A program made the position numbers and the translations under genes. Below the pieces are notes generated by a model that did no database searches, was not told the DNA's origin, and was given only the letters and a program-made list of their open reading frames with translations. From NCBI GenBank assembly GCA_040756875.1, contig JBFLYH010000001.1, positions 960,001 to 1,024,000 of the forward strand: a stretch of DNA of 64,000 bases. Direction: 5' to 3'. This DNA comes from a candidate division FCPU426 bacterium (GTDB taxonomy: Bacteria > Oederibacteriota > JAAXVQ01 > JAUVAV01). Shown here one piece after another: positions 16,020-26,950 of the stretch; within the stretch, counting starts at the first letter, position 1; the number at the start of each line of letters is the position of its first letter.

Positions 16020-19000
16020 TTAATTTAAAGCCATCTCCTCGGAATTAGACGGGGTAGTTTCACGGACTTCCCGTGCTTGCTCCTCGCCCTTGAATTTAAC
16101 GGAAATCAGCCTCGAAACGCCGGATTCCTGCATGGTCACGCCGAATAGAATATCAGCAGTCTCCATGGTCAATTTGTTGTGGGTAATGACGATAAACTGC
16201 GAAAGTTTGGCGAAATCTTTCAAAATTTTGCAGAAACGAAGCGTATTGGCGTCGTCCAATGGCGCATCCATCTCGTCGAAAATGCAGAATGGGCTGGGTT
16301 TGATGAGATAAATAGCGAACAATAAAGCAATGGCAGTCAAAGCTTTTTCGCCGCCGGACAACAGCGATATATGCTGCAACCTTTTTCCCGGAGGACGGGC
16401 GATTATTTCTATTCCGGTTTCGAGCAAATCCAATTCATCAACCAAAACCAAATCCGCTTCACCGCCGTTGAACAGCCGTCTGAACACTTCCTTGAATTTT
16501 TCCCGCACGGCTGTAAAGGTGGTGGAAAAACGTTCCCGGCTTTCCTGATTGATGCGCGTGATAAGGCGCTGCAACTTTTCCTTGGAAGCCTTCAAATCTT
16601 CCAGCTGCTGCGACAGGAAGGTATACCGCTGCTGCAATTCGTCATATTCCTCCACCGCCACGAGATTGACCGCTCCCATGGCCGCGAGCTTTGATTTCAG
16701 TTCTTCGACGCGTTCCGCAGCCGGCTGCGTTTCCGCGGTTTCGGTTTCTTCCTGTCCCGGTTCGGTTTCCAGCGATAAATTCAGACGGTATTCCTGTTCC
16801 AGGTAGGTTTCCAAGGTTTGCAGTTCCATGCGCCGCCGCGTTTTATCCAAGTCATAACCGTGGGATTCGCTCCGCAGCCGGTCGAGCACGGTATGCAGCG
16901 CCCGCCATTCCTGATCGCGGGTTTCTTTCTCCGAGCGCAGTTGTTCGCGCTGGCTCCGCACCCGGCTTACGTTCTCCTCCAGGTCGCCGCGCCTTCCGGC
17001 CAGGGCTTGCAGCCAGCCTTCGCGCTCCTCGCGTTGCACCTGGATTTCCGCCAGCCGGCTCCGGGTATGCTCGCAGAGGGATTGCTTCTCAGTCTGCTGT
17101 CGGGTCAAGTCGGCGATTTCTCCGGCCAGGCGCTCACCTTCGGCACCGAGGGCGCGCAATTGCTCCTCCCGGGCGGCCACGGCGACGCGCAGCGTGCCGG
17201 CTTGGTAGGATCGCTGTTCGAATTCCTGGCGCAGATGCTCGATGTCGGCCTGTTCCCGCAGCAATTGCTCCTGGGTCCCCTGCTCCGCCTCGCCGCCTTC
17301 GCGCACCCGACGCTCCGCCTCCTGGCGTTCGCTTTCGATCTGCCGCAGCGCCTCTTCCAAAACCTGGAATTCCCCGCCCCACGTGCCGGACTGGCGTTCA
17401 ACGTCCTGAAGCTGCGCCTCGACCAATTCCAGGCTTTTTTCAAGCTGGGCGTCGAGGATTTCCTGTTCATGAATATCGCCGCGCAGGGCCGAAAGGCCGC
17501 CGGTAATCTCTTCCAACTGACGGCGCGTATTGTCGATTTCAGCCTGGGTTTTTTGCTGGTTGACGGCCAGCAGGCTGATCTGAAGACGCAACTCTTCGCA
17601 TTCGCGCTCCCTGCCCAGGAAACCGCGTTCGCGCAATTCGGTGCTGCCTCCGGTCAGCCACCCTTCCTGACCGTGCAGTTCTCCAGCAAGGGTCACCAGG
17701 GTGCAGCGGGCGCCGGCGGCTCGTACTTGCAGGGCAACATCCCGGTTTTCCACCAGCGCGACCTGATCCAGCAACAGATCAAACAGCATCCGGAAACGTT
17801 CATCGATCTTGACCAGGGATTTGGCCCATCCCACGACCCCGGGAATCTTCAGCCAGGAAGGTTCTTCATCCAGCGTAAACATTGAAGATTCCCCGCGGGT
17901 ATTCATTTTTTCCAAAGGAATGACAGTGGCGCGGCCCCGGTTGTCCTCCGCCAGGAAGGCCATGACCGCAAAGGCTTGCGCCTCGTTTTCCACCAGAATA
18001 TGCTGCAATTTTTGCCCTAAAAACGCCTCCAAAGCCAGTTCGTATTTTTGCTCGGTCCGCATGAAGGCCGCCACCGGGCCCAACACGCCGGGCAATTTCT
18101 CGGGATGGGCGTTATGCTCGAGCAAAACCGCCTTGGTTCCTGCTTCATACCCTTCCAAACCGTTCTGCAGTTCTTCAATCCAGCTGAGGCGGGACTTGAG
18201 CTGGGTTTGCGTGGTGTTGAAATTGTCCTGCATGGCGTTCAGCGTGCTCAGGACCTGCTCCACCCGTTCCTGTTCCGCTTCCAAATGAGCCCGCTCCGCC
18301 CGCAGCGCCTCTAAAGTGCCGCGTATTTTCCCCTGTTCCTCAGTCAGCCGGTTTTTTTCCCCTAAAATGTCCCGGCTTTGGCCGGCCAGCGTTCCCAACT
18401 GCTGCTGCAGGCGGTCACGTTGCTGGACCAATTCGCCCTGACGGCCCGAAAGATTTTGCAGTGCGCCCCGCCACTGGGTCAGCTCATCCACGATGTGCAG
18501 CAATCGGGTTTGGCTTTCCTGCACAGTCTGGACTTTGGTTTTCAGCTCTTGTTCCAGCTGGCGGAGGCGCTCCTCGGCGGCTTCCAGTTCACGGCTTTCC
18601 CGTTCGCGTTCGCCGCGCTTTTGCTGCTGATTCGCTTCCAGTTCTCCGCGCTGGCGCCGGCATTCCTCAAGCCGGGTGCCGATATGCGAGGTTTCTTCAG
18701 CCAGGCGTTCGGACTCGGCGTGCAAATCCTGCCCGCGCAACGCAGAGGACGTGAGAAACTCCTCGGTTTTAACCGTTTCCTCGGTCACCCGCTGCCAAGC
18801 GGTTTGCAGTTCAGATGCCTGGTTTTCGGCGGCGGTCAGCTCCGCCGTCAGGCGGTTGAGTTCCTCGCTCAAATGGCGCTGTTGGTGTTCGTTTTGTTCC
18901 AGTTGCAAGCGGCAGGCTTCCCACTGACGCTCCACCTGTCCGACCTCGCGTTTGAGCCGTCGCAGTTCGCGGCGTCCCTGAGCCACTTCCAAAGTGGTCA

Positions 19001-19664
19001 GCTCCTGTTTCAATTCCTGGTACCGGCGGGCTTTCTGCACCTGCCGTTCCAAAGAATTGATCTGGCGGCGCACCTCGACCGCGATATCGTTCACGCGCAG
19101 GAAATTCTGGTCGGTCGCTTCCAATTTGCGGAGAGATTCTTCCTTGCGTGACTTGTACTTGGATATGCCCGCGGCTTCTTCGAAAACAAAACGGCGGTCC
19201 GCCGGCCGCGAGGAAACAATCAGATCGATTTTGCCCTGTTCCAGGATCGAATAGGCGTTGGTGCCGATGCCGGTATCCATGAACAAGTCATGAATATCGC
19301 GCAGGCGGCAGGGTACTTTGTTGATAAGGTATTCGCTTTCTCCGGATCGATAGTTGCGCCGGGTGACCATGATTTCATCCTGATCGCTTCGCAGCAGCCG
19401 GTCATGGTTGTCGATGGTCAGCGTCACTTCCGCCATGCCCACGGCTTTTCGCTGATCCGTGCCGTTGAAAATGACATCCTCCATGCGGCTGCCGCGCAGT
19501 GCCTTGGCGCTTTGCTCTCCCAAAACCCAGCGAAGCGCATCCACGACATTCGATTTCCCGCAACCATTGGGACCGATAATGGATGATATACCCGGTTCGA
19601 AATCCAGACAGGTATGGTCGACAAACGATTTGAATCCCTGCATTTCCAAGCGTTTAAAATGCAC
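16020..19664 (-). CDS. smc: Chromosome segregation protein SMC
   Basis: GFKSF, GPNGCGKSN, long coiled coils, hinge (GRATVIPL...VTLAGE...GWLTGGS), LSGGEKALTA, FCIFDEMDAPLD, QFIVITH. Confidence 0.97.
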   Translation of the reverse strand: MHFKRLEMQGFKSFVDHTCLDFEPGISSIIGPNGCGKSNVVDALRWVLGEQSAKALRGSRMEDVIFNGTDQRKAVGMAEVTLTIDNHDRLLRSDQDEIMVTRRNYRSGESEYLINKVPCRLRDIHDLFMDTGIGTNAYSILEQGKIDLIVSSRPADRRFVFEEAAGISKYKSRKEESLRKLEATDQNFLRVNDIAVEVRRQINSLERQVQKARRYQELKQELTTLEVAQGRRELRRLKREVGQVERQWEACRLQLEQNEHQQRHLSEELNRLTAELTAAENQASELQTAWQRVTEETVKTEEFLTSSALRGQDLHAESERLAEETSHIGTRLEECRRQRGELEANQQQKRGERERESRELEAAEERLRQLEQELKTKVQTVQESQTRLLHIVDELTQWRGALQNLSGRQGELVQQRDRLQQQLGTLAGQSRDILGEKNRLTEEQGKIRGTLEALRAERAHLEAEQERVEQVLSTLNAMQDNFNTTQTQLKSRLSWIEELQNGLEGYEAGTKAVLLEHNAHPEKLPGVLGPVAAFMRTEQKYELALEAFLGQKLQHILVENEAQAFAVMAFLAEDNRGRATVIPLEKMNTRGESSMFTLDEEPSWLKIPGVVGWAKSLVKIDERFRMLFDLLLDQVALVENRDVALQVRAAGARCTLVTLAGELHGQEGWLTGGSTELRERGFLGRERECEELRLQISLLAVNQQKTQAEIDNTRRQLEEITGGLSALRGDIHEQEILDAQLEKSLELVEAQLQDVERQSGTWGGEFQVLEEALRQIESERQEAERRVREGGEAEQGTQEQLLREQADIEHLRQEFEQRSYQAGTLRVAVAAREEQLRALGAEGERLAGEIADLTRQQTEKQSLCEHTRSRLAEIQVQREEREGWLQALAGRRGDLEENVSRVRSQREQLRSEKETRDQEWRALHTVLDRLRSESHGYDLDKTRRRMELQTLETYLEQEYRLNLSLETEPGQEETETAETQPAAERVEELKSKLAAMGAVNLVAVEEYDELQQRYTFLSQQLEDLKASKEKLQRLITRINQESRERFSTTFTAVREKFKEVFRRLFNGGEADLVLVDELDLLETGIEIIARPPGKRLQHISLLSGGEKALTAIALLFAIYLIKPSPFCIFDEMDAPLDDANTLRFCKILKDFAKLSQFIVITHNKLTMETADILFGVTMQESGVSRLISVKFKGEEQAREVRETTPSNSEEMALN

Positions 19665-19680
19665 GAGCTTATCTCCTTCA

Positions 19681-19792
19681 CCCCAAAATATTGGGGTTGA
19701 AATACGGAATAACCACTAGGAAAACCCACACATGGCCATATCATATACCAAATTTTGGGATATTGAAAAGAAAAAAACACAATATAATGTGG
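19681..19792. promoter_or_regulatory. NrdR-box-like palindromes upstream of smc
   Basis: CCCCAAAATATTGGGG (19681), ATACCAAATTTTGGGA (19745) and ACACAATATAATGTGG (19777) resemble acaCwAtATaTwGtgt. Offsets are 64 and 32 bp. Confidence 0.55.
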
Positions 19793-19889
19793 ATTCCGAG
19801 TTTGTCTTTTATTTTTGGGCTTTTTCAGGAAGGTGACAAGTGCTGAAGAGGGGTTTTCGTGAACAGATAATAACTTCGATAAAGGGAAT

Positions 19890-20762
19890 TCAAATACCCC
19901 AGAGAGTCAGGCGGGCGCGGTTGGCGTCAGATAGAGTCTTCTCCCGATGCAGAAACAGGGTTTGATTGGCGGAAAAAGCCAGCGCGGAAACCCCTGCCTT
20001 CTTCATGTTTTGGACGGTCAGGGGGCCGATAACCGGTACGTCAAAACGGAAATCCTGGTTGGGTTTGGCGACTTTCACGACCACCGCGCCCCCGCGCGCC
20101 AGCTGGCCTGCACGGAGGATGCAGGCATCGGTTCCTTCCATGGCTTCCACTGCCACCACGGCTTGGTTTTTCACGATGACGGTCTGGCCGATATCCGCCC
20201 CCGCCACGTGCCGGGCGATGCGGTAGCCGAACCGGACGTCTTTGCGTTCGCGGAGCGTGGGACGCCGTTTGGTCAGACAACCGCGCGGCGGCAGGTGGGC
20301 TTTCAACCACGGCAAAGGCGATATCAATTCAATGCCTTCCTTGGCCAGGGTCTCTGCCACTGCGCCCAGAATCGCGTTGGCCCGTTTGTCTTTCAAACCC
20401 GCCAGGAGCTTGACCGCCCGCCAATCGAGCCGAAACAGATTGTAAATGCGGCGGTGCTTCACCACGCCTGCCAGCACGGCTTCGACCGCCCCGGCGTTTT
20501 TCAACAAACGGATCACACGGCCCACCTGGCCGAGGCTTGACCAATACCACTCATCCACGAGCTGCGCCAAACCTGGATCCGTTTCACCTCTGAACCCGAC
20601 CGCAACCACACGGCGGCCTTGCTCACGCGCCGCCCGGGCCACTAGAAAGGGAAAATCCCCCCAACCGGCTATGAGTCCCAGCGTGCGAATTCCGGTTTTG
20701 CTCCCTGGGATCGGGCGGGATGAGGCCGATTTCCTATGGGCGGAAGGAACTGGTTTGCTCAT
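19890..20762 (-). CDS. lpxI: UDP-2,3-diacylglucosamine diphosphatase LpxI
   Basis: LGLIAGWGDFP, DIGQTVIVK, AVEAMEGTDACILRAG, KVAKPNQDFRFDVPVIG. Follows lpxA. Confidence 0.92.
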   Translation of the reverse strand: MSKPVPSAHRKSASSRPIPGSKTGIRTLGLIAGWGDFPFLVARAAREQGRRVVAVGFRGETDPGLAQLVDEWYWSSLGQVGRVIRLLKNAGAVEAVLAGVVKHRRIYNLFRLDWRAVKLLAGLKDKRANAILGAVAETLAKEGIELISPLPWLKAHLPPRGCLTKRRPTLRERKDVRFGYRIARHVAGADIGQTVIVKNQAVVAVEAMEGTDACILRAGQLARGGAVVVKVAKPNQDFRFDVPVIGPLTVQNMKKAGVSALAFSANQTLFLHREKTLSDANRARLTLWGI

Positions 20763-21532
20763 TTGGCGATGCCACGGTCCGAAGCCTTGATAAAAGCCAC
20801 CAGCAAGGCAATTTCAGGTTCCGGCGGTTCCGCTTCCAGTCGTTCCAGGGCTTGGGTGATGTTCAGTTTGGAGCGGTAAAGAATCCGGTAGGCCCGCTCC
20901 ACCACGGCCAACCGCTCCGGGCTGAACCCCTTGCGCTCAAGACCGACGCGGTTGATGCCAGCAATGCGCAGGGGCGATCCTCCGCAGAGGATATAGGGCG
21001 GAATGTCCTTGGGCACGCGCGAACCGCCGCCGATCATGGCGTATGATCCGATGCGGACACCCTGGTGGATGGTATCCAGGCCGCCAATGTTGGCATGATC
21101 CATAATGGTGACATGCCCCGCCATGCCGATCGCATTGGCCAGTATGTTATGGTTGCCGATGGTGCAGTTGTGCGCCACGTGGCAGTACGCCATGAAAAGG
21201 TTGTCGCTGCCGATGACCGTGGCTTTGTCTTCGCCGGTGGCGCGGTTCATGGTCACATATTCCCGGATAATGTTGCGGTCGCCCACGCGCAAATAGGAGC
21301 GCTCGCCCCGGTACTTTAAATCCTGGCATTCAGTCCCCAGAATCGCGCCCGTGAAAATGCGGCAATCGGCGCCGATCGCGGTCCAGCCGTCGATGACGGC
21401 GTAGGGGCCCACTTGAGTGCGCTCGCCGATCACCACATGTTCGCCGATCAAGGCTCCGGGGCCGACTACCACGCCTTCGCCTAAACGGGCATGGGGATGG
21501 ACGATCGCCGCGGGATGGATGGTTGCGCTCAT
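20759..21532 (-). CDS. lpxA: Acyl-ACP--UDP-N-acetylglucosamine O-acyltransferase
   Basis: Hexapeptide repeats, QDLKY, IREYVTMNRAT, MAYCHVAHNC, GINRVGLERKGF. Confidence 0.96.
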   Translation of the reverse strand: MSATIHPAAIVHPHARLGEGVVVGPGALIGEHVVIGERTQVGPYAVIDGWTAIGADCRIFTGAILGTECQDLKYRGERSYLRVGDRNIIREYVTMNRATGEDKATVIGSDNLFMAYCHVAHNCTIGNHNILANAIGMAGHVTIMDHANIGGLDTIHQGVRIGSYAMIGGGSRVPKDIPPYILCGGSPLRIAGINRVGLERKGFSPERLAVVERAYRILYRSKLNITQALERLEAEPPEPEIALLVAFIKASDRGIAK

Positions 21533-21547
21533 GGGTTGGTCTCCGGC

Positions 21548-22846
21548 TTAACGGTCCACAACGGTGGACATGAGTTCAGCTTCGCAAACCAGGTCATTGC
21601 CGACGAAAGCCTTGCCGTTCATTTTGGCGATCCGGCTCTTGATTTTGTCCACTTCCAGTTCGAACCGCAGCTGGTCTCCGGGAAGGACGGGTTTGCGGAA
21701 TTTCACGTTGTTGATGGCTACGAAATACACCACCTTGCCCTTTGATTCCGGCGAACTTTTCATGAGCAGGACGCCGCCGCACTGTGCCATGGCTTCCACG
21801 ATCAGCACCCCGGGCATAATGGGGTGGCCCGGAAAATGCCCCTGGAAAAAATGTTCGTTCACCGTCACGTTTTTAATTCCGACCACCCGTTTCCCTTCCT
21901 CCAGTTCGATGACGCGGTCGATCAGCAGCATGGGATAACGGTGCGGCAGCAATTGTTCGATTTCCTTGGCATCAATAACCACTTCTTGTTTCCCCCTCTC
22001 CTCGGGTTGAGTATGCATCAGTTTTTTAACCAACTGAACGTTCAAATCATGGCCGCTGCGCTCCGCGACCACGTGCCCTTCCAGCCGGTTTCCCAACAAA
22101 GCCAGATCGCCGATGACGTCCAGCACCTTGTGGCCGGCCAATTCCCGTTCACAACGGAAGGGCGGATTTTTCAAGCCGGCGGGCGAGAGCACCAGACAAT
22201 TTTCCAGCGTGCCGCCCTGGGCCAGCCCCTGGGCTTTCAGCGCTTCGATTTCGCTTTCAAAACAAAAGGTCCGGCAGGGCGCGATCTCGCGCAGGAAAGT
22301 CTCGCGCGTCACGTCCACGTCCACCCGTTGGGAAGGAACCTGGCCTGTTTCATAGGCCAGTTGATAAGTGATGCGGAGGCCCGGGCGGGGCCAGATCACA
22401 ACCGCCTTGTTCAAACCCTGCACCTGCACGGGCCGTTCCGGCCGGACAACCACGGCTTCGGTTCCGGGCAGTTCCACGATTCCGGCTTCCAGCAGCAGTT
22501 GCGCGAAAGGAAGCGCGGAACCGTCGCCCGCCGGCGGTTCCGGGCCGGACAATTCGACGAGGCAATTGTCGACGCCCATGCCGGCCAAGGCGGCCAGCAC
22601 GTGTTCCACCGTGTGCACTTCCACGCCGTTCTCCGCCAAGGTGGTGCCACGGTGCGAGCGAACGACCTGTTCGGCGCGCGCATGTATTTGAGGCCGCCCG
22701 GGCAGTTCGGTCCGGACGAAAATCCGGCCCGTGCCAGCCGGCGCGGGCGCGAACGTCAGCGTGCAGGTCTTTCCGGTATGCAATCCAACGCCGTCCAATG
22801 AACGGGCCCGGGCAATGGTGGTTTGCGGAGAGCGCGCTGGGCTCAC
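21548..22846 (-). CDS. lpxC: Bifunctional LpxC deacetylase / FabZ dehydratase fusion
   Basis: Lpx[45 protein letters not shown]. Fab[36 protein letters not shown]. Confidence 0.95.
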   Translation of the reverse strand: MSPARSPQTTIARARSLDGVGLHTGKTCTLTFAPAPAGTGRIFVRTELPGRPQIHARAEQVVRSHRGTTLAENGVEVHTVEHVLAALAGMGVDNCLVELSGPEPPAGDGSALPFAQLLLEAGIVELPGTEAVVVRPERPVQVQGLNKAVVIWPRPGLRITYQLAYETGQVPSQRVDVDVTRETFLREIAPCRTFCFESEIEALKAQGLAQGGTLENCLVLSPAGLKNPPFRCERELAGHKVLDVIGDLALLGNRLEGHVVAERSGHDLNVQLVKKLMHTQPEERGKQEVVIDAKEIEQLLPHRYPMLLIDRVIELEEGKRVVGIKNVTVNEHFFQGHFPGHPIMPGVLIVEAMAQCGGVLLMKSSPESKGKVVYFVAINNVKFRKPVLPGDQLRFELEVDKIKSRIAKMNGKAFVGNDLVCEAELMSTVVDR

Positions 22847-23877
22847 TTCCCCTCCAGCGCCTTGAGCCGTTTCTCGAGCTGTTCGATTCTCCTGCGCATC
22901 TCGGTCAATTTGCCGTATTCCGCCAGCAAGCGCATGGCTTCGCGGTGCGGACGGGCGGGGCAGCCGAAGACCGCGCCTCCGGGCTCCACGTCGCGCAGGA
23001 TGCCGGACTGCGCAGCCAGTACCGCGTTGTCGCCGACCGTAAGATGTCCGGCGGTCCCCACCTGGCCGCCGACCATCACGTGCCGTCCCAGAATCGTGCT
23101 GCCGCTGAATCCGGTTTGTGCGGCCACCACCGTATGGGGGCCGATCTGAACGTTATGAGCGATCTGGACCAGATTGTCGATTTTGCAGCCTTGCCCCAGG
23201 CGGGTTTCACCCAGCGTGGCCCGGTCGATGGTGACAGCAGCCCCGATCTCGACGTCGTCTTCGATGACGATCGTTCCGATTTGCGGGAGTTTACGGTAAT
23301 GCTCTCCCTCGGGCACAAAACCGAAACCATCGGCGCCCAGCACCGCGCCCGGATGGATAATGACGCGTTGGCCGATGCGGATCCGCTCCCGCACCACCAC
23401 CTGGGGATATAAAATGCAATCACCACCCACCTGGGTGTCATCGCCGATAAAAACCTGGGCCACCAGAACGGTGCGCGCGCCGATCACGGCGCGGGCGCCC
23501 ACGACGCAGAACGGCCCCACCGCCGCCCCTGGCTCCACCACGGCTTCCGGATGGACTACAGCTGAAGGATGCACGCCGGCCGGAGGGAATGGAACCGGCG
23601 GGGCAAAAAGTTCCGCCACCTTGGCAAAGGCCAGATAAGGATTTCGATTTACCAGGCAGGGTTTATCCCAATCAATGTCCGGAGGAATAATGACGGCAGA
23701 CGCTTGGGTGGCGGAAAGCTGGGGCCGGTGCTTCTTATCAGCCACAAACGTCAGCAGCCCCGGACCGGCCTGATCCAGCGGACCCACGCCGGTGATGACC
23801 ACCGCCTCGGCGCCCGGTCCGCGCACCTCCGAACCGGTCAGGGTCCCCAGTTCCCGCAGGGTTTTTTCATTCGGCAT
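22843..23877 (-). CDS. lpxD: UDP-3-O-acylglucosamine N-acyltransferase
   Basis: NPYLAFA, hexapeptide repeats, GADGFGF, IEDDVEIGA, KIDNLVQIAHNV. Confidence 0.96.
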   Translation of the reverse strand: MPNEKTLRELGTLTGSEVRGPGAEAVVITGVGPLDQAGPGLLTFVADKKHRPQLSATQASAVIIPPDIDWDKPCLVNRNPYLAFAKVAELFAPPVPFPPAGVHPSAVVHPEAVVEPGAAVGPFCVVGARAVIGARTVLVAQVFIGDDTQVGGDCILYPQVVVRERIRIGQRVIIHPGAVLGADGFGFVPEGEHYRKLPQIGTIVIEDDVEIGAAVTIDRATLGETRLGQGCKIDNLVQIAHNVQIGPHTVVAAQTGFSGSTILGRHVMVGGQVGTAGHLTVGDNAVLAAQSGILRDVEPGGAVFGCPARPHREAMRLLAEYGKLTEMRRRIEQLEKRLKALEGK

Positions 23878-23913
23878 GGCTTCGCCTCCCCTCCGCGTGC
23901 GGCAGGCGTCCGC

Positions 23914-24429
23914 CTACTTTTTGGCGTTCAGTTCATCCAAGACTTTGTAAGTGATGTCCTGCCCGTCGATATACAGCACGGTTTCGCGGTCCAGCACCAG
24001 CTCGTATTTATCGCGTTTCGCAATCTGGCCGACGATGTCCTTGACGTCGTTGACAATGCCTTCCATCAAGGTGCGCTGCTTGTTCATCAGCACGCTCTGG
24101 GTTTCCTTGTATTTGTCGCGGAACGTATCCTGCTTCTTGTTGAATTTCTCTTCCAATTTCTTGTATTTGCTTTCGGAGACGATCCCTTTTTGCCGTTCCA
24201 GATCGGCTTTCTCGGCTTCCAATTCTTCGCCCATTTTCTGCAACTCGTTTTTCTTGTCGTCCAGTTCCTTCTCAAGCCGTTCCTGGGCATCCTTGGTTTT
24301 TTGGTATTCCTTGACTACTTTGGAGGTGTCCACTACCGCGATTTTCGCCGCGTGGGCGCTGCCGGCGATCAACACCGCTCCCAGCAGAAAAACTCCCATT
24401 CCCGTCCAAGACCACCGCGTCATGTGCAA
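23914..24429 (-). CDS. skp: Periplasmic chaperone Skp/OmpH
   Basis: Signal peptide AHA-AKIAVVD, charged coiled coil, C-terminal YELVLD...DITYKVLDELN. Lies between bamA and lpxD. Confidence 0.9.
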   Translation of the reverse strand: MHMTRWSWTGMGVFLLGAVLIAGSAHAAKIAVVDTSKVVKEYQKTKDAQERLEKELDDKKNELQKMGEELEAEKADLERQKGIVSESKYKKLEEKFNKKQDTFRDKYKETQSVLMNKQRTLMEGIVNDVKDIVGQIAKRDKYELVLDRETVLYIDGQDITYKVLDELNAKK

Positions 24430-24477
24430 AATCCCCCTTCTCGAGATGATGAGGCCGCCAGGCAGCCCCCAAGCTGC

Positions 24478-26841
24478 TTAAAAAATGTTTCCGATGTTGA
24501 AATGATAATTCAGTGTGGCGGGTTTGCCGGTCGGATCCGGATCCAGCGGATATCCGAAATCAAAGCGGATCAGGATGACTGTGCCCGGAACTGTCAAACG
24601 AATGCCCACCCCGGCGCCTTTGTACATGGAAGGGTAATCGAGAAAATAGCTTTCGCCGCTGCGGGCGCCCCCTCCGGGATTCCGGATATCGCTCCAGACA
24701 TTTCCAGCATCAAAGAAGGCCACGCCTTTCAAGGGACCGATGATCGGGAAATGCAGTTCCACGTTGCTGCCGAGTTTGAAACGTCCGCCGCCGCCGGTGA
24801 TGTCCTGCCCAAAAACGCCTTCGCCGTAGCCGCGGACCGAATCCGTTCCGCCCATCAGAAACCGTTCGCTGGGGGGGACGTCGGTCAGGCCGGTCACGCC
24901 GAAATCGTACCCGTATTCATACCCGGCTTCCCCATGCAGGGCTAGTACGATCTGCCAGACCAGCGGCAGGTATAAACTGGAGTCGGCGAGGTATTTGAAA
25001 TAATTGTTGTCCCCGCCGAGCGGACCGCCGGCGATTTCCACCGACAGACGCTGGTAAGTCCCCTGGGTGGGGTCGAAAATATTGTCCCGCGTGTCGTAGA
25101 TCAGGGCGGGCGTCACGGAACTGGTGTCGCTGCGCCCCTCTTGGAACACCCCGGATACCGACGAATCCAAATCGGTATATTCGTTGCTTTCCAGTTTATA
25201 GGTCAAGTATCCTTTCCAATATTCGTCAAACCGGCGGCCGAGGCGGATATCGCCGCCCTGGGAGAGCAGATTATAATTTTGACCGCTGTATCCTTTGCGC
25301 TTGTTGATATTCCATACGTCCACGCCGAAGGAAACGGGCGCGTCGAAAAGCCAGGGCTCGGTGAAGGACATCTGCCAGCTCTGCCGCAGGGCGCCGAGTT
25401 CCCACTGCAGGCTGATCGACTGCCCGTTGCCGAACAGGTTGGCCTGGGTCATTTGCAGATAGCCCATCAGATAGTCCACCGACGAATAGCCCGCACCCAG
25501 GCTGATGGTGCCGGTTTGGCGTTCATCCACCTCAAATACCAGCACTTGCTCGGCCGGTGAGCTTCCCGGTTCGGTCGTCACTTTGACGTCTTGGAAGAAT
25601 CCCAGATTGGCGATTTTCTCGCGCGAACGCTGAATTTTCCTGGAATCGAAAGGTTCCCCGGGTTCGACCACGATTTCGCGCCGGATGACCTTGTCTTTGG
25701 TTATATTGTTGCCGCGGATGTCGACGCGCTCGACGCGGGCGATGGAGCCTTCGCGAACGACTACGGAAACGTCGACCGCGCCGGCATCATCGTGGTAATT
25801 CATCTCAGGCGTAATATCCGAAAAAATATACCCCTTCTCCGCATAGGCCATGCGGATCATCTGCATGTCCTTCTCGAAAATCAGGCGATCCATGACCGCG
25901 CCAGGCTTCAATTCCATCCGCCCCAGCAGCTCTTCCTGCGAATAAATAATGTTGCCCGTGATCGAAAGGTCGCGGATCTTGTACTGGATGCCTTCCTCGA
26001 CCTTGAGGGTGATGGTCATTTCTTTCTTGGCCTCGTCCACGGCCAGCGCCTCTTTAACAATCTCCTGGCGGTGCAAATCAATGTCTTCGAGACCGTAGCC
26101 GAACAACTTGGCTTTCAGATACCCCTCTTTCGCATAACGCAGAAGCACTTTTTTCAGGTCGGTGATAAACGTTTCTTCCTTGTATATACCGCCCACGAAC
26201 CAGCCGGCCTCTTTGGTTTCCATAACGCCCTTGATATCGCCGGCTGAGAACGCCTGGTTGCCGATGATAATGATTTTGGTCACCTTGACCTTCAAGCCCT
26301 CGTGGATATCGAACGTCAGGGCGACTTTGCCTTCGTCGGGCACGGCCACGGGCGTGACTTCGGCCTGATAATATTCCTTTTCACGGTAAAAATTGGCGAT
26401 CTTTTCCGCGGCTTTGGACGCGGCAAATTCATCGTAAGGCGTTCCCGACGTCAGGCCGGATTCCTGCAAAAGCTGCTTTTCTGAAAAAGCCTGCTGCCCC
26501 TTGGTCGTCAAAGTGGACAACAGCGGTTTTTCCTTCACTTGGACCAGCAGACGAACCGTGTCGTCGGAAAGCGGTTGGATGCTGAATTTGACATCCTCGA
26601 ATTTGCCGGTATCCCAGAGCGCTTTCAGATCCTGATCCAGTACGGTCCGGATTTCAGAAGGTTTGTCGCCGGTTTTCGTCTTGATCCAGGAAAGAATATC
26701 CGTCCCGGCGATGGTGTGGTTTCCGTCCACCTGCAGGTCGGAAATCGGACGCTGCGCCAGGTCTGCCGCCCACGAACTGGAATAACAGCCAACCAGAAGT
26801 GACAAAACGAATGTGAGGTAGAAAAAAAGCCTTGAAAACAC
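24478..26841 (-). CDS. bamA: Outer membrane protein assembly factor BamA
   Basis: POTRA repeats (GNNITKDKVIRRE), TGTISLGAGYSS, NLFGNGQ, FTEPWL, GGTDSVRGY, C-terminal FNIGNIF. Confidence 0.95.
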   Translation of the reverse strand: MFSRLFFYLTFVLSLLVGCYSSSWAADLAQRPISDLQVDGNHTIAGTDILSWIKTKTGDKPSEIRTVLDQDLKALWDTGKFEDVKFSIQPLSDDTVRLLVQVKEKPLLSTLTTKGQQAFSEKQLLQESGLTSGTPYDEFAASKAAEKIANFYREKEYYQAEVTPVAVPDEGKVALTFDIHEGLKVKVTKIIIIGNQAFSAGDIKGVMETKEAGWFVGGIYKEETFITDLKKVLLRYAKEGYLKAKLFGYGLEDIDLHRQEIVKEALAVDEAKKEMTITLKVEEGIQYKIRDLSITGNIIYSQEELLGRMELKPGAVMDRLIFEKDMQMIRMAYAEKGYIFSDITPEMNYHDDAGAVDVSVVVREGSIARVERVDIRGNNITKDKVIRREIVVEPGEPFDSRKIQRSREKIANLGFFQDVKVTTEPGSSPAEQVLVFEVDERQTGTISLGAGYSSVDYLMGYLQMTQANLFGNGQSISLQWELGALRQSWQMSFTEPWLFDAPVSFGVDVWNINKRKGYSGQNYNLLSQGGDIRLGRRFDEYWKGYLTYKLESNEYTDLDSSVSGVFQEGRSDTSSVTPALIYDTRDNIFDPTQGTYQRLSVEIAGGPLGGDNNYFKYLADSSLYLPLVWQIVLALHGEAGYEYGYDFGVTGLTDVPPSERFLMGGTDSVRGYGEGVFGQDITGGGGRFKLGSNVELHFPIIGPLKGVAFFDAGNVWSDIRNPGGGARSGESYFLDYPSMYKGAGVGIRLTVPGTVILIRFDFGYPLDPDPTGKPATLNYHFNIGNIF

Positions 26842-26875
26842 TGGCTAAATTGCCTCCGTTGAAAAAATTTGACCG

Positions 26876-26904
26876 ATTCTATCAGAAGTGCCTGGGACCG
26901 TCAA
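26876..26904 (-). promoter_or_regulatory. Sigma70-type promoter for bamA-skp-lpx
   Basis: Minus strand TTGACG-17 nt-TAGAAT with extended -10 (TGA-TAGAAT), about 35 nt upstream of bamA. Confidence 0.65.
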
Positions 26905-26950
26905 GGAATTCCCTTTCCAACCGTCCGACCGGAATGCAGGCTTAAAAACG

